Shown here: positions 25,072 through 37,644 of the stretch, in pieces | Layout: every line of letters begins with the position of its first letter | Position numbering within the stretch: position 1 is the stretch's first letter | Assembly (NCBI GenBank): GCA_026914245.1 | Contig: CP110439.1 | Coordinates: 1,178,001-1,242,000 of the forward strand | From: Puccinia triticina | Taxonomy: Eukaryota | Direction of reading: 5' to 3' | DNA length: 64,000 nt | Notes under the pieces: generated by a model | What the model was told of the DNA's origin: nothing | What the model saw: only the letters and a program-made list of their open reading frames with translations | Databases searched by the model: none | Position numbers and translations under genes: made by a program

Positions 25072-28000
25072 ATGTCTCATCGACGGCTAGGTACCGCCAT
25101 GACAGGACGTAGGACTCCCTACAGGGTAAAGCTGAAAACTGATCTAAACGCGGCTTTCGAAGCGATCAGCCTTACCGGAAAATTCGCCGGATGGGAGGCG
25201 CTTCCGAGAGCCCCACCGGCGTGGCTCTATGTTGATGGGGTTGGAGACATCAGCATGCCTCTGGGCGAGGAACAGATCATGCAGATCATCGGCAAAGCGC
25301 AACAGACTCCCTATGGCTCCACAACACCAGAGGAACCGGACGTTGGCGGGCCTGTCGGTAACAACATATGGGAACTCAATCCAGACCAGTTGGAGTTCCT
25401 CGACCCGGAATGGCCAAACTATCTGCTCATGTTAAGGGACCTCGTCGAATCCAAGCTCGACGTCGATGGGCCCATTCGATTAAATTTCCACAGGATGATG
25501 TCTTTGGAAAGGGTGCGATGTCGACGCCCCAGACCGAGTAAGAGCTATCCTTCAAGCGTCCATCCCTTAGTTTTCAGATTGCATACAAACTGACATCAAT
25601 CGATTTCTCGACTGACGAGGATATAGCATTCAGAGGACTCGCGGGATGTTTGGAACCCTGATGATATGTTTGCCATCGGCTCATGAGGGCGGTGAAGTAC
25701 GCGTGGAGCACAACGGAGAATCGATGGTTTTGGGTGGATCGGACGCAAGCCAGTCATTTTCTTGCTGGTATTCGGACGTCACTCATGAAATTCTACCGGT
25801 CAAATCCGGCTACCGATGCGTCTTGACTTACAATCTAGCCACCAGGCCTGATTTGACCCCACCCACTGCAAGTGCACTCGACTTGAAAAAGCTTCCACTC
25901 CGCAACACCCTCGAATCCTGGATCAAAGACTTGGCTAGTAAGAAGACGTCCAAAGTGCCAAGCCATCTTTATCAAGTCCTTGATCATGAATACTTCGAAC
26001 CTCCCACGTGTATGAAAGAATTTAACGATAAAGACTTGGCCCGGGTCCATCTACTAGAAGGTTTTCAGCCCGAACTCCCCTTTGAAATCCTCTTGGCCTC
26101 ACTGGAGAAAAACGAGCAGGGGCCTATCACTCGCGAATATCAGAGGAAACGCTTGGAATCTGATAACTCCGGCTCCGATCGCTCCGACTCTGAGCAGTAC
26201 GACTCTGATTGGGACTCCATGGCTGGATATCACGAGCTCGACGAAGTAGAAGACGTCGAATATTGTGTCAAGTCGCTTCGTACACTCGATGGCACAATCA
26301 TCGCTAGCAGCTGCGATCTTAACTTGAACTTTTGCCTGGCGGCCGATCCCTTTGAGAATCTGAACGAGCCCTCCGAAGAATGTTTTGACGACTTTGCTTG
26401 CCATGTGTTTCGTACTTCAGCTCTTGTGATTGTTCCGCACCAAAAAATCGGAGAGTATCTGGCTCATTGCGCACACGAATCTGAAATCCCTCGCTCAACA
26501 TCCCAAGATGAGACACTATTTGGCGAGTGTCAATCGGCTCTGCGCTTTCTTGGACACATCTGTTCGGACCTGCCACTTCAAATTTCTATGCTGGACGCAA
26601 TGTGCATACTTTTTGTATCTGCCTCGAAAACAACATTCAGGAAATTGGACGCCGCTGTTATCCTCCAGATTGCCCTGCAATACTCCCATTACACACTTTT
26701 CCAGACGGTTGGACTCGACCACAAAGGGCGTCTAACAATCAGTTTTTTCGAATGGGCAAAAGAGCTGTTAAGCTCATGTCCAGACGCAGACCGCGCTGAA
26801 AAGTACCAGACATGGTAGGTCTGTGAATCCCCGCTCATTCTTGATTCTAAGTTCCGATCGGAAGCTGAAGGATATCTTATTTGGACGTCCTGTAGGATAC
26901 CATTCCTCATTCTGAGTTTTCCATCTATGGATGATAGGATCCGGATCATCGAGGCGATCTCAAATCCCAGTGATGATGCGGCCGGACATGAAGTAACGCA
27001 CCCCCCGCTAAAGGCTGAGTCTGACCTCTGGAGACAAGCTTCTGGACCCGGTCATTATATACTGGTACCAAAATCCAACCAAATACTAAAGATGATCGTA
27101 TTTGCAGGTCCAGTGGGCTAAAATTAGAATCTGCGACACCTTCATCTGAAAAGATAAGGAACATCACGAAAATGTCAGATCACTCATTACCCACCTCTAT
27201 CGGATACTTCCGGGGTCCTGGTCCTACTGGCCCAGATGTAGTACTGCCAAAGTCTAGCACCTGGACGCAAGACATGATCCGTCGATCCATCGTGAGATTC
27301 CCCGAAACCAGCAACAGACCCACTGTGACAGATGGAGAATACATTGTTTCTGCCTTGTTTGGTTTGGATGAGGATTGGGCAGACGTATCTGCGCTGTAGG
27401 TCTTTTTAATTCACTACAGGCTGGACTCCTGGAGGATACCTGATGTCTGTTTGCCTCCAATCTGAATAGTCTCATCTCGATATTCGAGCGCTCCCCACAA
27501 GTCCATGCCACAGCTTTCTTGCTTGCTATCCTTTCACAGCTTAGCGTGGAAGCAGCAGCGGCAAACATTCCGACTTCGGCCATCGCGGAACTTCGCAGAA
27601 GTCTTAGCGTGCGTGTTTTCAACGACGAGAGCAAGCTCTCTAGGATCATTACCCCAACAAAGATAAAGTGGGTACAATATGGGCGGCCGGTCTCTCCACC
27701 ATCTTGGGACAAGTACCTCTACAGTCGCGATAACAAGTCAACATCTGAAACCGGGCTGGTAGTCACATCGGAAGCGCTGGTTAATTTCGCTTGCGGTCTC
27801 ATCAACCTGAGCGTCGATACAGAGAATTTACTAGAACGTTTTATCCAGAAAATCAGTGAACAGTGTGGCACTTTCTCAGTTGACGACATGCACTTACTCT
27901 GGATGCCGTTCCTCTATGGGCTCATTCCGGCTCTGGTCCTTCGATCAGTGTCTCTCGATACGCCGACTTATCAGGAGCTCGCTCGTAGACTTATCACGCA

Positions 28001-28505
28001 CTGCTATGATACAACAGTTGGGCCACAGCCTGAAGTGTTTGACGTCCCTTCCCCCGAAGTGAATTGTACATGCACCAACTGCGTGAAGCTCAATGAATTC
28101 CTCCGAAACCCCTCCCAAGGAACTAGGCGATTCAATTCACTATCCAAAGTCACCCGTCGGCACCTCGATGAGCGGCTCGGTGCTGCTCGTATTCGCTGCA
28201 ATACAGCTCTCGACTCTGGGGCATTTGTGGTCACCAAACTCTGCACCTTAGAACTCGATCTCGACGCTTGGAAAAAACGACAGCAAGAACTCTATCTTCA
28301 GGTCACTAGTAACATCGAGCAAGAGCACCTTCAATGCTTGCTTGGTGTCGACGAAGCTGCCCGCATCCAATCGACAGCCGGGCCAGTGGAGGGCCCTCGT
28401 CCGCAGCCTCGCTATGCTTCTCCACCCCGTCGTCCAGCTCATCTTACTTACTTGCCTCCCTCCAATGATGGTTCCGAATCCCACAGTGAACATCATGAAC
28501 ACTAG
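25072..28505 (+). pseudogene. Large protein with an N-terminal 2OG-Fe(II) oxygenase-like domain; 1-nt frameshift near 25501 (pseudogene or assembly indel)
   Basis: MFGTLMICLPSAHEGGEVRV and WYSDVTHEILPVKSGYRCVLTYNL. The motif KGAMSTPQTD lies in the -1 frame relative to exon 1. CTCTNC occurs near the C-terminus. Confidence 0.75.
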
Positions 28506-29879
28506 GGTTGTCCAATGCCAAGATACTCCTTCTTTCACACCAATATTTGTACTGGAATCGTTCTGTGTTCTTTTCTTTCCTGTTGCTCATCATAACGATT
28601 TATCCACCCCTTTGTCTAAATACATTTTATAGTATGTATACCTATGATATATCTGTACAATGTTTTGAAAGTGTCAAGTTGTTGCATTACCTTCAATCAA
28701 AGGCTGGTCAGGATTGACAATCTAGTATCTGCAATCAAGTCATGTGCTTCACCTGCAGTCTCAACAGCAACCCCTTACAAGGTCACAGCTCTCTTCACTC
28801 AATGACACCCTCTGCTGGAATTTTGGCCTCTGGCCTCCTTTCTCTTGCCTTCTGCCTCACTTCCCTATGTTCCCCATCTTTGCTGAAAGCCTCCCTTGAC
28901 CTTTTTCATCTCACACTTATGCTTGATCACTAAGCATCCATGTCAACCCTTGAGACATTAAGATGTCCAAAAGGGTTGCAAAACCTTAGTATGTGTATGT
29001 AATGATAAAATCTTCTGTAGGTAATAGTCACGCGGGCGCAGCGCGTAAGAGCACTATCTAAAAAAGCGCAAGTGTCTTTTGGATAGCGCGGGCGCTAGAA
29101 TTGAAAACATGTATGCATATGAATATGCATAGTAATTGTAATAACAAAGTTGGGAAACTTTATAAACAGATAATCAAAATAATAACACTAAAAAAATTAC
29201 CCAAAGCTGCAAGATGAAGGCTTCATCACCAAAGGCCACAATGAGAGAACACTCACTCAGAGGTACCCATAGCTAGAGGACAATCTCCTCCAGAAAACTT
29301 GGATCATAATTTTTCCTGTTATTGCAATCAATATACAGAACCCGGTAAGATAACTACTCAGATAGTACTCTAGACTAGACTACTTCAATACTCTGGAAGA
29401 CTTCCCGTTGAGTCTGAGAGCCTCCCAGATCTCAATTTACACACCCAAATTCTTAATTTTTGACAAAAAGAGAAGTGTTTTCCCAACCCTACAATTTATT
29501 GAATTCATGTGCACTGGTTGATTTTTTGATAGGTGTTTTAATTTAGTATTTAGAGGGGCATCTAGAGCTCTCTAAATGACAACGGGAAGTCATCCAGTAT
29601 TAGACTCTTCCAACTAGCTTCTTCTATGTTAAAAAAATCATTAAAACCAAGAAGAAATGTAGGATTTGGGCACCTAAAAAACAAGGTTCTCATAGCCCCA
29701 AAATTACAAATCATTTATTGATTAATGGAACATGTAAGAACACCTACTTCAGAAGTTTTTAGCCACTTTTTGCAAGGATACAGGTCTGAAAAATGAGGAT
29801 AATTTAGATGCAATGTGCTAATATGCGGTGAAGTTTCTTATTTTTCAGACCCGTATGCTTGCACAAAGTGGCTGAAAAT

Positions 29880-30188
29880 TTTTGAAGTAGCTGTTCTTAC
29901 GTGTTTCATTACTCAATAAGTTATTTGAAATTTTTGGGCTATGGAAACCTTGTTTTTTAGGCGCCCAAATCCTACATTTCTTCTGGTTTTCAATGATTTT
30001 TTTAAACATAGAAGAATGCTTTGAAAAACTCTCAAAAATTCAGAGAGGCCAATGGGAAGCCTGTCTATTGATTGGTCAAGAAAAATCTTCAAAAATTTGT
30101 GTATTTTACCCGCAGGGCGCAAAGTGTTTGGGTATCTGCGCACTGTGCAGTGCGCGAAGTGTTTTTTGCAGTGCACAAAGTAAGTCTG
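29880..30188. repeat. Terminal fragment of a DNA-transposon family; an inverted relative starts at 57213
   Basis: Ends gcagtgcacaaagtaagtctg; 57213 begins cagacttacttcacgcactgc. Both resemble the termini of the 36011-37644 element. Confidence 0.5.
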
Positions 30189-30796
30189 AACTACAATTTT
30201 GGCTGAGAGATGTTACTTTAAGGCTGTGTTTGGCAGCATCATATTAGGGGGGTTCACAATAGCTTAAAACGTTTCTGGTCAGGCCTAAAAAAATTTCTTG
30301 CTGGTCTGCATTTGGGCTTAAATTTAACCTAAAATCATCGCCAGAAATGACCGCCAGAACCTGCAAACCATTTCTGGTCATCGAACACAGATCATAAAAA
30401 TTTATCTAAAGCTCCACCCACACTTAGCCCCCGGTTGCTCCATCTGTACAACTTGACACATCCACACCAGCAGCAGCCCACCACACCCCATCACTCCACG
30501 ATCATTGTTCCGGTGTTTTCTGTCTTACCACCGAGTGGCCTGCTTTCAGACATCCAGATTTCAATCGGCCCGCTTTCGGACATCAATATTTCAATCATAC
30601 CTAGATCAAATATTCATCCATGTCCATCAGTCAAGTATGTCCGTTGTTCTCAAACCCCGACTCCAATCATCTGATTTTTCATTTTTTATCTGCACAGTTG
30701 GACCCCAGTTTACTCAGCTCACAGCCGTTGAACCAATCCCCCGGGACACCAAACCTTGCAGACCTCTCTCTTGGATCAGAATTTTCCGGCATCTCG

Positions 30797-32113
30797 ATGG
30801 GGCGCACACGCAGCGAAGCCGACCCCAATAGAGCCAATGAGAAACCCAAACGCACTCGAAGGACCAAGGCACAGATGGCTGCCTATCGGGCTGATCTGGA
30901 GCGCAGCAAGAAGCTCACTGCCGTCGAAAAGATCACGGAGGGTGCAAAGCGAGGCCATAAGGGTCGGTGTGGTCGATCGTCTCAACGGTCTGCTCCCGGT
31001 ACCTCCACCCCAGCCAACTCAACCAGTTCCACCCCCGCGGCGTCCCAGGTATCTGTCTTGGACAGCAACCCTGCCTTTGTGCTCTCTGACTACGAGAACG
31101 TGTGTGGGTACCTCGAGGTGGAAGCTAACTATACTCGGCTTTATGGTGATGGGGCAAAAACCACGGTTGGGACCCCTAAGTTCACAAAGGCGGCTGCATA
31201 CGATATGTTTGCGATTTTCATCAATGACAATTTGAACCACCGACTCCACCTATCTGGAAGCCAACTTTGCCAACGAATCGATGGCTACAAGAAGCGCTTT
31301 GCCAAGGCCAAACACTTTGCTGATAACACCGGGGCGGGGATTGAGGAGGGTGATGATATGCCAACTCTTGCCGAGCTCCTCGAGAAGAAATGCCCGTGCT
31401 ATGAACGTATGTACTCCATATTTGGCACAAAGGCCAATATTACCCCCTTGCGCGATCACGACTCGGTTCGTGGGGCAAATCTTTACGACGATCAAAGCGA
31501 GATAGGCGAGACGCAAGACCCCCCTTCCTCTCACAAGGTGTTCTACTCCGGCTGGGAAGAGACCCAAGATGAGCCAATGCCCTCTCAGACCCAATCAAGC
31601 ACATTGGTCGGGTTGAACAGCTCGGTTATACCCGACTTACCTGACTTGGACGGGGAAGACGGCTCGAACGATGAATATGATCTGCCCCCGCCGCTCAATC
31701 TTGGTGGGACCGCCATGGACCCCTCACCGAGCTTGATGACTCAGCGATCTCTAGGTCAAGCTACTCGTGGCGCTAGTAGTGCCATCCCAACATCTCCAGC
31801 CCCGTCTCAAGCAGCTCCGATCACCCGCCGGGCGTTTCCTAATCAACAATCAACGGAGGCCAGCCCTGCGGGGCCACATAGGGAACCAAAGGTTAAGGCC
31901 TCGACATCCCTTGCTTCTGCTTTTGAGAAATCAAACACCGAGAAGTTTGGGTACCTCAGGGAACATATGAAATGGGAGAAGGAAATGGAAGCCACCCGTA
32001 ACACGGCCAAGTTGGAACTGGCCGATGTCAAGATGAAAGCGGCACAAGAGTGGTTGAAAGAGGGCAAGTCGGCGGCCGAGGTGGAATCCCTTATGAGAGC
32101 TATTTATGGCTAA
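30797..32113 (+). CDS. Harbinger accessory protein (Myb/SANT-like DNA-binding region, acidic middle, coiled-coil end)
   Basis: Uninterrupted ORF (open from 30620; likely start MGRTRSE at 30797) convergent with the transposase. Contains YLEVEANYTRL...RIDGYKKRFAKA...KKCPCYERMYSIFG. Confidence 0.8.
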   Translation: MGRTRSEADPNRANEKPKRTRRTKAQMAAYRADLERSKKLTAVEKITEGAKRGHKGRCGRSSQRSAPGTSTPANSTSSTPAASQVSVLDSNPAFVLSDYENVCGYLEVEANYTRLYGDGAKTTVGTPKFTKAAAYDMFAIFINDNLNHRLHLSGSQLCQRIDGYKKRFAKAKHFADNTGAGIEEGDDMPTLAELLEKKCPCYERMYSIFGTKANITPLRDHDSVRGANLYDDQSEIGETQDPPSSHKVFYSGWEETQDEPMPSQTQSSTLVGLNSSVIPDLPDLDGEDGSNDEYDLPPPLNLGGTAMDPSPSLMTQRSLGQATRGASSAIPTSPAPSQAAPITRRAFPNQQSTEASPAGPHREPKVKASTSLASAFEKSNTEKFGYLREHMKWEKEMEATRNTAKLELADVKMKAAQEWLKEGKSAAEVESLMRAIYG

Positions 32114-32244
32114 TGGACATCAGTAAGTCAGCTTTCTTCTGGATAGCACTGGATTTAGTCAGCCAACCGGCTGAGCGTGTTTTTTTTTAATCTTCTTCGT
32201 ATAGATCTGCCTATCCCCGCGTGCAGGAGCTTGTCAGCACTAAA

Positions 32245-32395
32245 GTCTCGCCGACTTGATACTACTGTCTCGCCGACTTGATACTACTGTCTCGCCGACT
32301 TGATACTACTGTCTCGCCGACTTGATACTACTGTCTCGCCGACTTGATACTACTGTCTCGCCGACTTGATACTACTGTCTCGCCAACTTGCTACT
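32245..32395. repeat. 22-bp minisatellite gtctcgccgacttgatactact, six perfect copies plus one degenerate
   Basis: Direct head-to-tail copies with no spacers. Confidence 0.95.
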
Positions 32396-32867
32396 TACAC
32401 CGCTTATGGTCATGAGTTTGATTCATTTTTCCATTTTCTCGAATCTTGTCATGTTTTTGTGATAGTGCCATCGCCTGTGAACTATCAGGCTTCATAACTA
32501 CGTAGATGAACCCCTCGGGTATATAAATCAGATCAACTGCCCAGTTTCCTCCGGATTTCTCACATACTTATGATACAGCCATCCTGTAACCTTCCCTCGA
32601 GTAATGATACATGGGCAGATTGCAATCCTAGATCAAATGATGTCCGACTGCATCCTTTTGTTAGGCTGAAACATTGGATTTATCCGATTCCCACTCAGGT
32701 CCACAGGTCAGACTAAGACTGAGAGGTGGTACGTGTTTGGAGTACATGAGGGACTGCTTTTTTTGCCCTTCTGTATAGGAGAAAATGGTCCGACTCCCGG
32801 GCATCTGTTTGGGCATAAATACCCGGGTGTTGCCACACTTGCTACCCAGTTGACTGTCTGGCTAAAG

Positions 32868-33557
32868 ATGGCCGAAAATAGGACCAATCACCAGGATTTC
32901 AATCACCCCGAGCCCAGAAGGTATCCGCCCGCGTGGAATCAGGATGGTGTCAACGGGGGCCCTTCAAGCATGTCACTCTTGGTAAACTGGCTTGTTAACA
33001 ATGGCAACTTCAACCGATGGCTATCCTGTGGGTTGAATGGGCCCCTCCAAGAGGAACGACTGGCGCTCTGCTCGGAGGTAGAGCAGATCTTGCAAGCGCA
33101 TGGGATCATGACGCGACCACCCAGATGTATGTCTCGATGTTGCACGCTTTGGTTCTTGCGCCATTCTCACTCTGCTGGTTCATTTTTGTGTCTAATCCAC
33201 CAGCTATACAGATTAACATTCAACGGTTGATGGCAACTTACAGACACGCAAGGGAATGGATCAGACATGCCACATCCAACAGGTATTTAGGCATGTCATC
33301 CCGTAGTGATCAAATGATTTTAGGCAAGTCATTGAGATTCATCGCGAATGCGCGCACCCGTTCCCGTTAGCAGCGTCATTAATGATTTGTGTTGATCATC
33401 AGATTATGCTCGACTCCGATGCCCTTATTGGGACCAAATTGACCCTGTGATGAGGCAAGAATCCTTTGATCTTCGCCAGCGCGAAGTTAATGACACAGTT
33501 GAAGATCACCTTGATGATGAAAATGGTTCCAACAATGGATCTACCAATACTAGCTAA
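32868..33557 (+). CDS. Second, small Myb/SANT-like accessory gene inside the Harbinger element (3 exons)
   Basis: Exons 32868-33126, 33204-33323, 33403-33557; second intron is GC-AG. WNQDGVNGGPSSMSLLVNWL..GNFNRW; IQRLMATYRHAREW; RCPYWDQIDPVM. Confidence 0.7.
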
Positions 33558-33842
33558 GCAATGCAAGCAATGCATAAATTTTCATATTCATAGAATATGT
33601 ATTTCATTTTTTATCACACACGTACAACAAAGGGGCTTCAAAGAAATCATTCAGATCTGAGAACAACTTCAAGTCTGAATTATTTCCCGGAGGGCAAGAG
33701 AGTGCGCTGGGAGTGTAAATCCCAGGATGAGAAGCAAGATTTGTGTTTGAATAAGATGGGAACAAGTGCCAAGATAAAGCCTAACCCAGAGGCCAAGAGA
33801 GCGCGGAAACATAGATAGAAGAAACCCCAGCGGGGGTAGAAA

Positions 33843-35214
33843 TCAAATGGGCAAAACACCTAAGGAGTAGTTCAATTCAAGGCACTTCGCCTGGATGGAA
33901 TCCCGATGGTCTCTGGGGCGGTCTTTGAGATTGGCTACCACCGGAGGCGAATCGTTGTCAGTGGGTTCCAATATGTCCCAGGCATCTCCGAGGTGTGCTA
34001 GCATGTTGTGTAGGACAACACAACAGTTAATCCATCTTATAATCTCCATCATGTCGGATGGCTTCTGAATTGCTAGCCGGAGGTGTTGAAGCGAGGCCCA
34101 GCGGCCTTTGAGGATGCCAATCGTATGTTCGTTCCAAACGCGCGACCTCGCAAGGCAGTAATTGAATTCCGCGTTCTCCTTGATGTAGGCCGCAGGGGCT
34201 TTGTAAGCAGGGATACAATTGAGGCCCAATTCATAAGCTGAGTCGGCGATCAGATATTGTCCTGATCAATAGGTGAAATAAGCACACATTAATGATACAG
34301 TTAGCCAACAAGACCAAGGAAACATACAGACTGTACTAACCACCATCAAAAAACGAATCCGGATCGTTATAGAGCGCCATTTTTTTGAAGACCAAACTGT
34401 CGCCACACAAACCAGGCCAACCGGTCATGTAAGCAGTTATGAACCAATCACAGTCACAAATAACCTGGCAGTTGATCGAGTATCTCTTCTTGCGGTCAAA
34501 GAAGACCTCGCCGTCAATACTTGGCCGCTGGTAAAGTGGGATAGTTGTCCCATCGACAAAACCGACACATCCCTCGAATCCTTCGGCCTTCATAACGTCC
34601 GAGATTTCCGTTCGTCTATCTTTGTCAGGCCAGACAAGATACATCGGCAACAAGTCATTGATTGCCCGAATCACCCTACGAGTAACCTTGACAACAGTTC
34701 CTCGGCCAACCATCAGATTTCTTGAAAATCTTCCCACCGACGCACCATTCCCGTTCGAGCCAAGCCTTTCGAGGGTGATCACCAACTGATGTGGTATGGG
34801 CAGTTGCGGGCAAAAACTGTTGCTATGGAAAATCTGATTGAATACAATTTTCTCTAGCAGCCACATGAAACCGGGCTTGGTGGTGCAAACCGCCTGCTTG
34901 AAGTCTTCGTCCCGCATGTCGAACAGCTGGGCAAGATTGTACTCTTCGCGCATTCGTCCCGGCGATCGGTCATGCAAGTATTGATTTGATAATACCAAGC
35001 TCAAGAGGTTGGACACGGTCGCTTCGTCATCGAACAAGAGATTGAATAGTAAAGCCCGGCTGGGGTTGTGAGGGGCTACAATGCTACCAAAAGAAGGTAT
35101 GGTAGGAACTCCCAAGACCGAGTCAAGCAGGTCATCAGTCTCTTGCTGGTTTAGGAGGATTAAAATCATAAAAAGATCCCGGATGATGTTTTGCCGCTCG
35201 CTGTAACGGTGCAT
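33843..35214 (-). CDS. Harbinger/HARBI1-like DDE transposase
   Basis: Exons 35214-34341 and 34261-33843. Catalytic triad in VGFVDGT, LIADSAY and RVWNEHTIGILKGRW; no stops. Confidence 0.92.
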
Positions 35215-35758
35215 TGTACTGGTAGTGATTGATGTTGAGCGTCCAAGATTCGACAAGCAGCTGGGCAATTTCGCAACGGTTCACAAGCGGCTGGGTAGTT
35301 GTGCAAGGTTTGACGAGTAGCTGAATGATTTGGCAAGTTGAAAGAAAAAAGTGAGCAAGGCAAACTTGTCTAAAAAATATTTCTGATGCAAACACACCTA
35401 CCTGGACCAGTATGGGTGTGATGTACACTAGATCAGGAAGTGGTTGAGCGGCTTCGAAGGCGTTGAGGTGAGATTGAGGAGTGTAATCTTCAAAGGTGTT
35501 GACACGAGGACGCAGTGTGAGTTGTAACAGATGGGAGGTGGGGATGATGGGGGCTTAGCGGGATGGATTCGGTGGAGGTGAGTAGCTGCTGGGATAGGCA
35601 CCAGTGTGTTTCCAATGGTGATCGGACCGTAAGTTCTTCTGGTGTGTCACTTCTGATGGCCTAAAAATAATCTTAATTTTAATCTGCGCAGCGTGCGCGG
35701 CATTTCTGGTGGGACGATAAAAAAATTCTGGTGAAAAGCTATCGTGAACCCCCCTATT

Positions 35759-35961
35759 AGGGGGGCTCACAATAGGATAAAAATAAAACTTTAGAGCTAA
35801 TTTTAAGGGCTTTATGAACAATTTTTTAAAAAACAAAGAAGTTGCTTTGATTCTCAGGGGACACCCAGTCATGTACACCTTGTCAGATTTTTAGAAATTT
35901 GTTGATAGAGGCCTTAAAATTGACCCTAAAATTTTACTTTTATCCTATTGTGAACCCCCCT
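35759..35961. mobile_element. 203-bp MITE with TIRs of the same family, abutting the Harbinger element
   Basis: aggggggctcacaataggataaaa ... ttttatcctattgtgaacccccct; separated from the large element only by ATT. Confidence 0.85.
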
Positions 35962-36010
35962 ATATTTACGCAGCGTAATGTTTAAAATATGCTAGCCTTA
36001 CATATTTTAA

Positions 36011-37644
36011 CGGATGTACTTCGCGCACTGCGAAAAACTCGTCGCGCACTGCAGGGGGCGTCCACTCGACGTCCCGGCCACAGTGCGCGGAAGCTCAAAA
36101 CGCTTCGCGCACTGCAGAAAATAAACCATGAAATTCTCATTTTTTTTTCTGCCAGCCGGCAGAGGGGATCTTTCTTGCCCCTCCTCCATTTTCTTGGGGT
36201 ATTCGGACCCCCCAGCATGACATAAAAAAAGGATGATAAAAAAATACAAAAAATAAGCGGAGCGCCTCCCCGGGGCGCACCCCCCGGGGATTCTTAACCT
36301 GCTAAAAAGCCATGGATTGGGTACCCAGCCCCTCGAAAACAGAGTTCGAGGGGCAGAAGTACATACCCCATGACTTCGCCGTGCGGATGGCCGGCACAGG
36401 CTGGTCCCGGAGCGGAGTACATGCACACTCCCCCGATGACCGGCCAGCACGCACGTGGAGTGCAAATCACCGGTCATCGAGGGGATTACGCACTCCTCTC
36501 GATGACCGGAACGGTCCTGCTTATCGAGAGGAGTAAACACATCTCTCGATGACCGGAACGGTCCCGGTTATCGAGAGGATTAAATACACCACTCGATGAC
36601 CGGAACGAACCCGGGCATCGAGAAAATAATCATCTTGATGACCGAGTCTGCTGCGGTCACCGAGTAGAGAAACACTCCCTCAATGACCGGAGCGAACTGT
36701 TCAAGGAGAGGATTGATGAACGGTTCGCTCCGGTCATCGAGAGGAGCACTTAATCCCCTCAATGAATGGAACGGACCCGGCCATCGAGAGGAGGAACACT
36801 CTCGATGACCGGGTCTGTTTCAGTCGTTGAGAGGAGCAGTGTTTACTCCTCTCGATGACCGTGACCGGGTCTGTTCCAGTCGTCGAGAGGAGCAGTGTTT
36901 ACTCCTCTCGATGACCGTGACCGGGTCTGTTCCAGTCGTCGAGAGGAGTAAACACTCCCCTTGACGACTGGAACAGACCCGGTCATCGAGAGTGTTCCTC
37001 CTCTTGATGTCCGGGTCCGTTCCGTTCATCGAGGGGATCAATTGCTCTCGATGACCGGGACTGTTCCGGTCATCGAGCGGAATGCTTAGTCTCTCGATGA
37101 CCGGGACTGTTCCGGTCATCGAGAGGTGTGTTTACTCCTCTCGATAAGCGGGACCGTTCCGGTCATCGAGAGGAGTACGTAATCCCCTCGATGACCGGTG
37201 ATGCGTGCTGGCCGGTCATCGGGGGAGTGTGCATGTACTCCGCTCCGGGACCAGCCTGTGCCGGCCATCCGCACGGCGAAGTCATGGGGTATGTACTTCT
37301 GCCCCTCGAACTCTGTTTTCGAGGGGCTGGGTACCCGATCCATGGCTTTTTAGCAGGTTAAGAATCCCCGGGGGGTGCGCCCCGGGGAGGCGCTCCGCTT
37401 ATTTTTTGTATTTTTTTATCATCCTTTTTTTATGTCATGCTGGGGGGTCCGAATACCCCAAGAAAATGGAGGAGGGGCAAGAAAGATCCCCTCTGCCGGC
37501 TGGCAGAAAAAAAAATGAGAATTTCATGGTTTATTTTCTGCAGTGCGCGAAGCGTTTTGAGCTTCCGCGCACTGTGGCCGGGACGTTGAGTGGACGCCCC
37601 CTGCAGTGCGCGACGAGTTTTTCGCAGTGCGCAAAGTACATCCG
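36011..37644. mobile_element. Non-autonomous foldback DNA transposon with ~550-bp TIRs and an internal satellite
   Basis: cggatgtactt...aagtacatccg; 8-bp TSD tattttaa (36003-10, 37645-52); internal tcgatgaccgg / ccggtcatcga units. Confidence 0.9.

Larger units (their letters stand above)
30246..35755. mobile_element. Apparently intact PIF/Harbinger (PHIS) DNA transposon with three genes
   Basis: TIR aggggggttcacaatagctt / aagctatcgtgaacccccct; ATT on both flanks (30243-45, 35756-58); DDE_Tnp_4-like transposase plus two accessory ORFs. Confidence 0.9.

Noticed and set aside
29025..29100. Helitron 3' end (GC hairpin plus CTAG)
   Set aside because: The hairpin is weak and no 5' end or Rep-helicase is visible.
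32245..32395. CRISPR-like array
   Set aside because: The 22-bp units are contiguous with no spacers, there are no cas genes, and the context is eukaryotic; it is a minisatellite.
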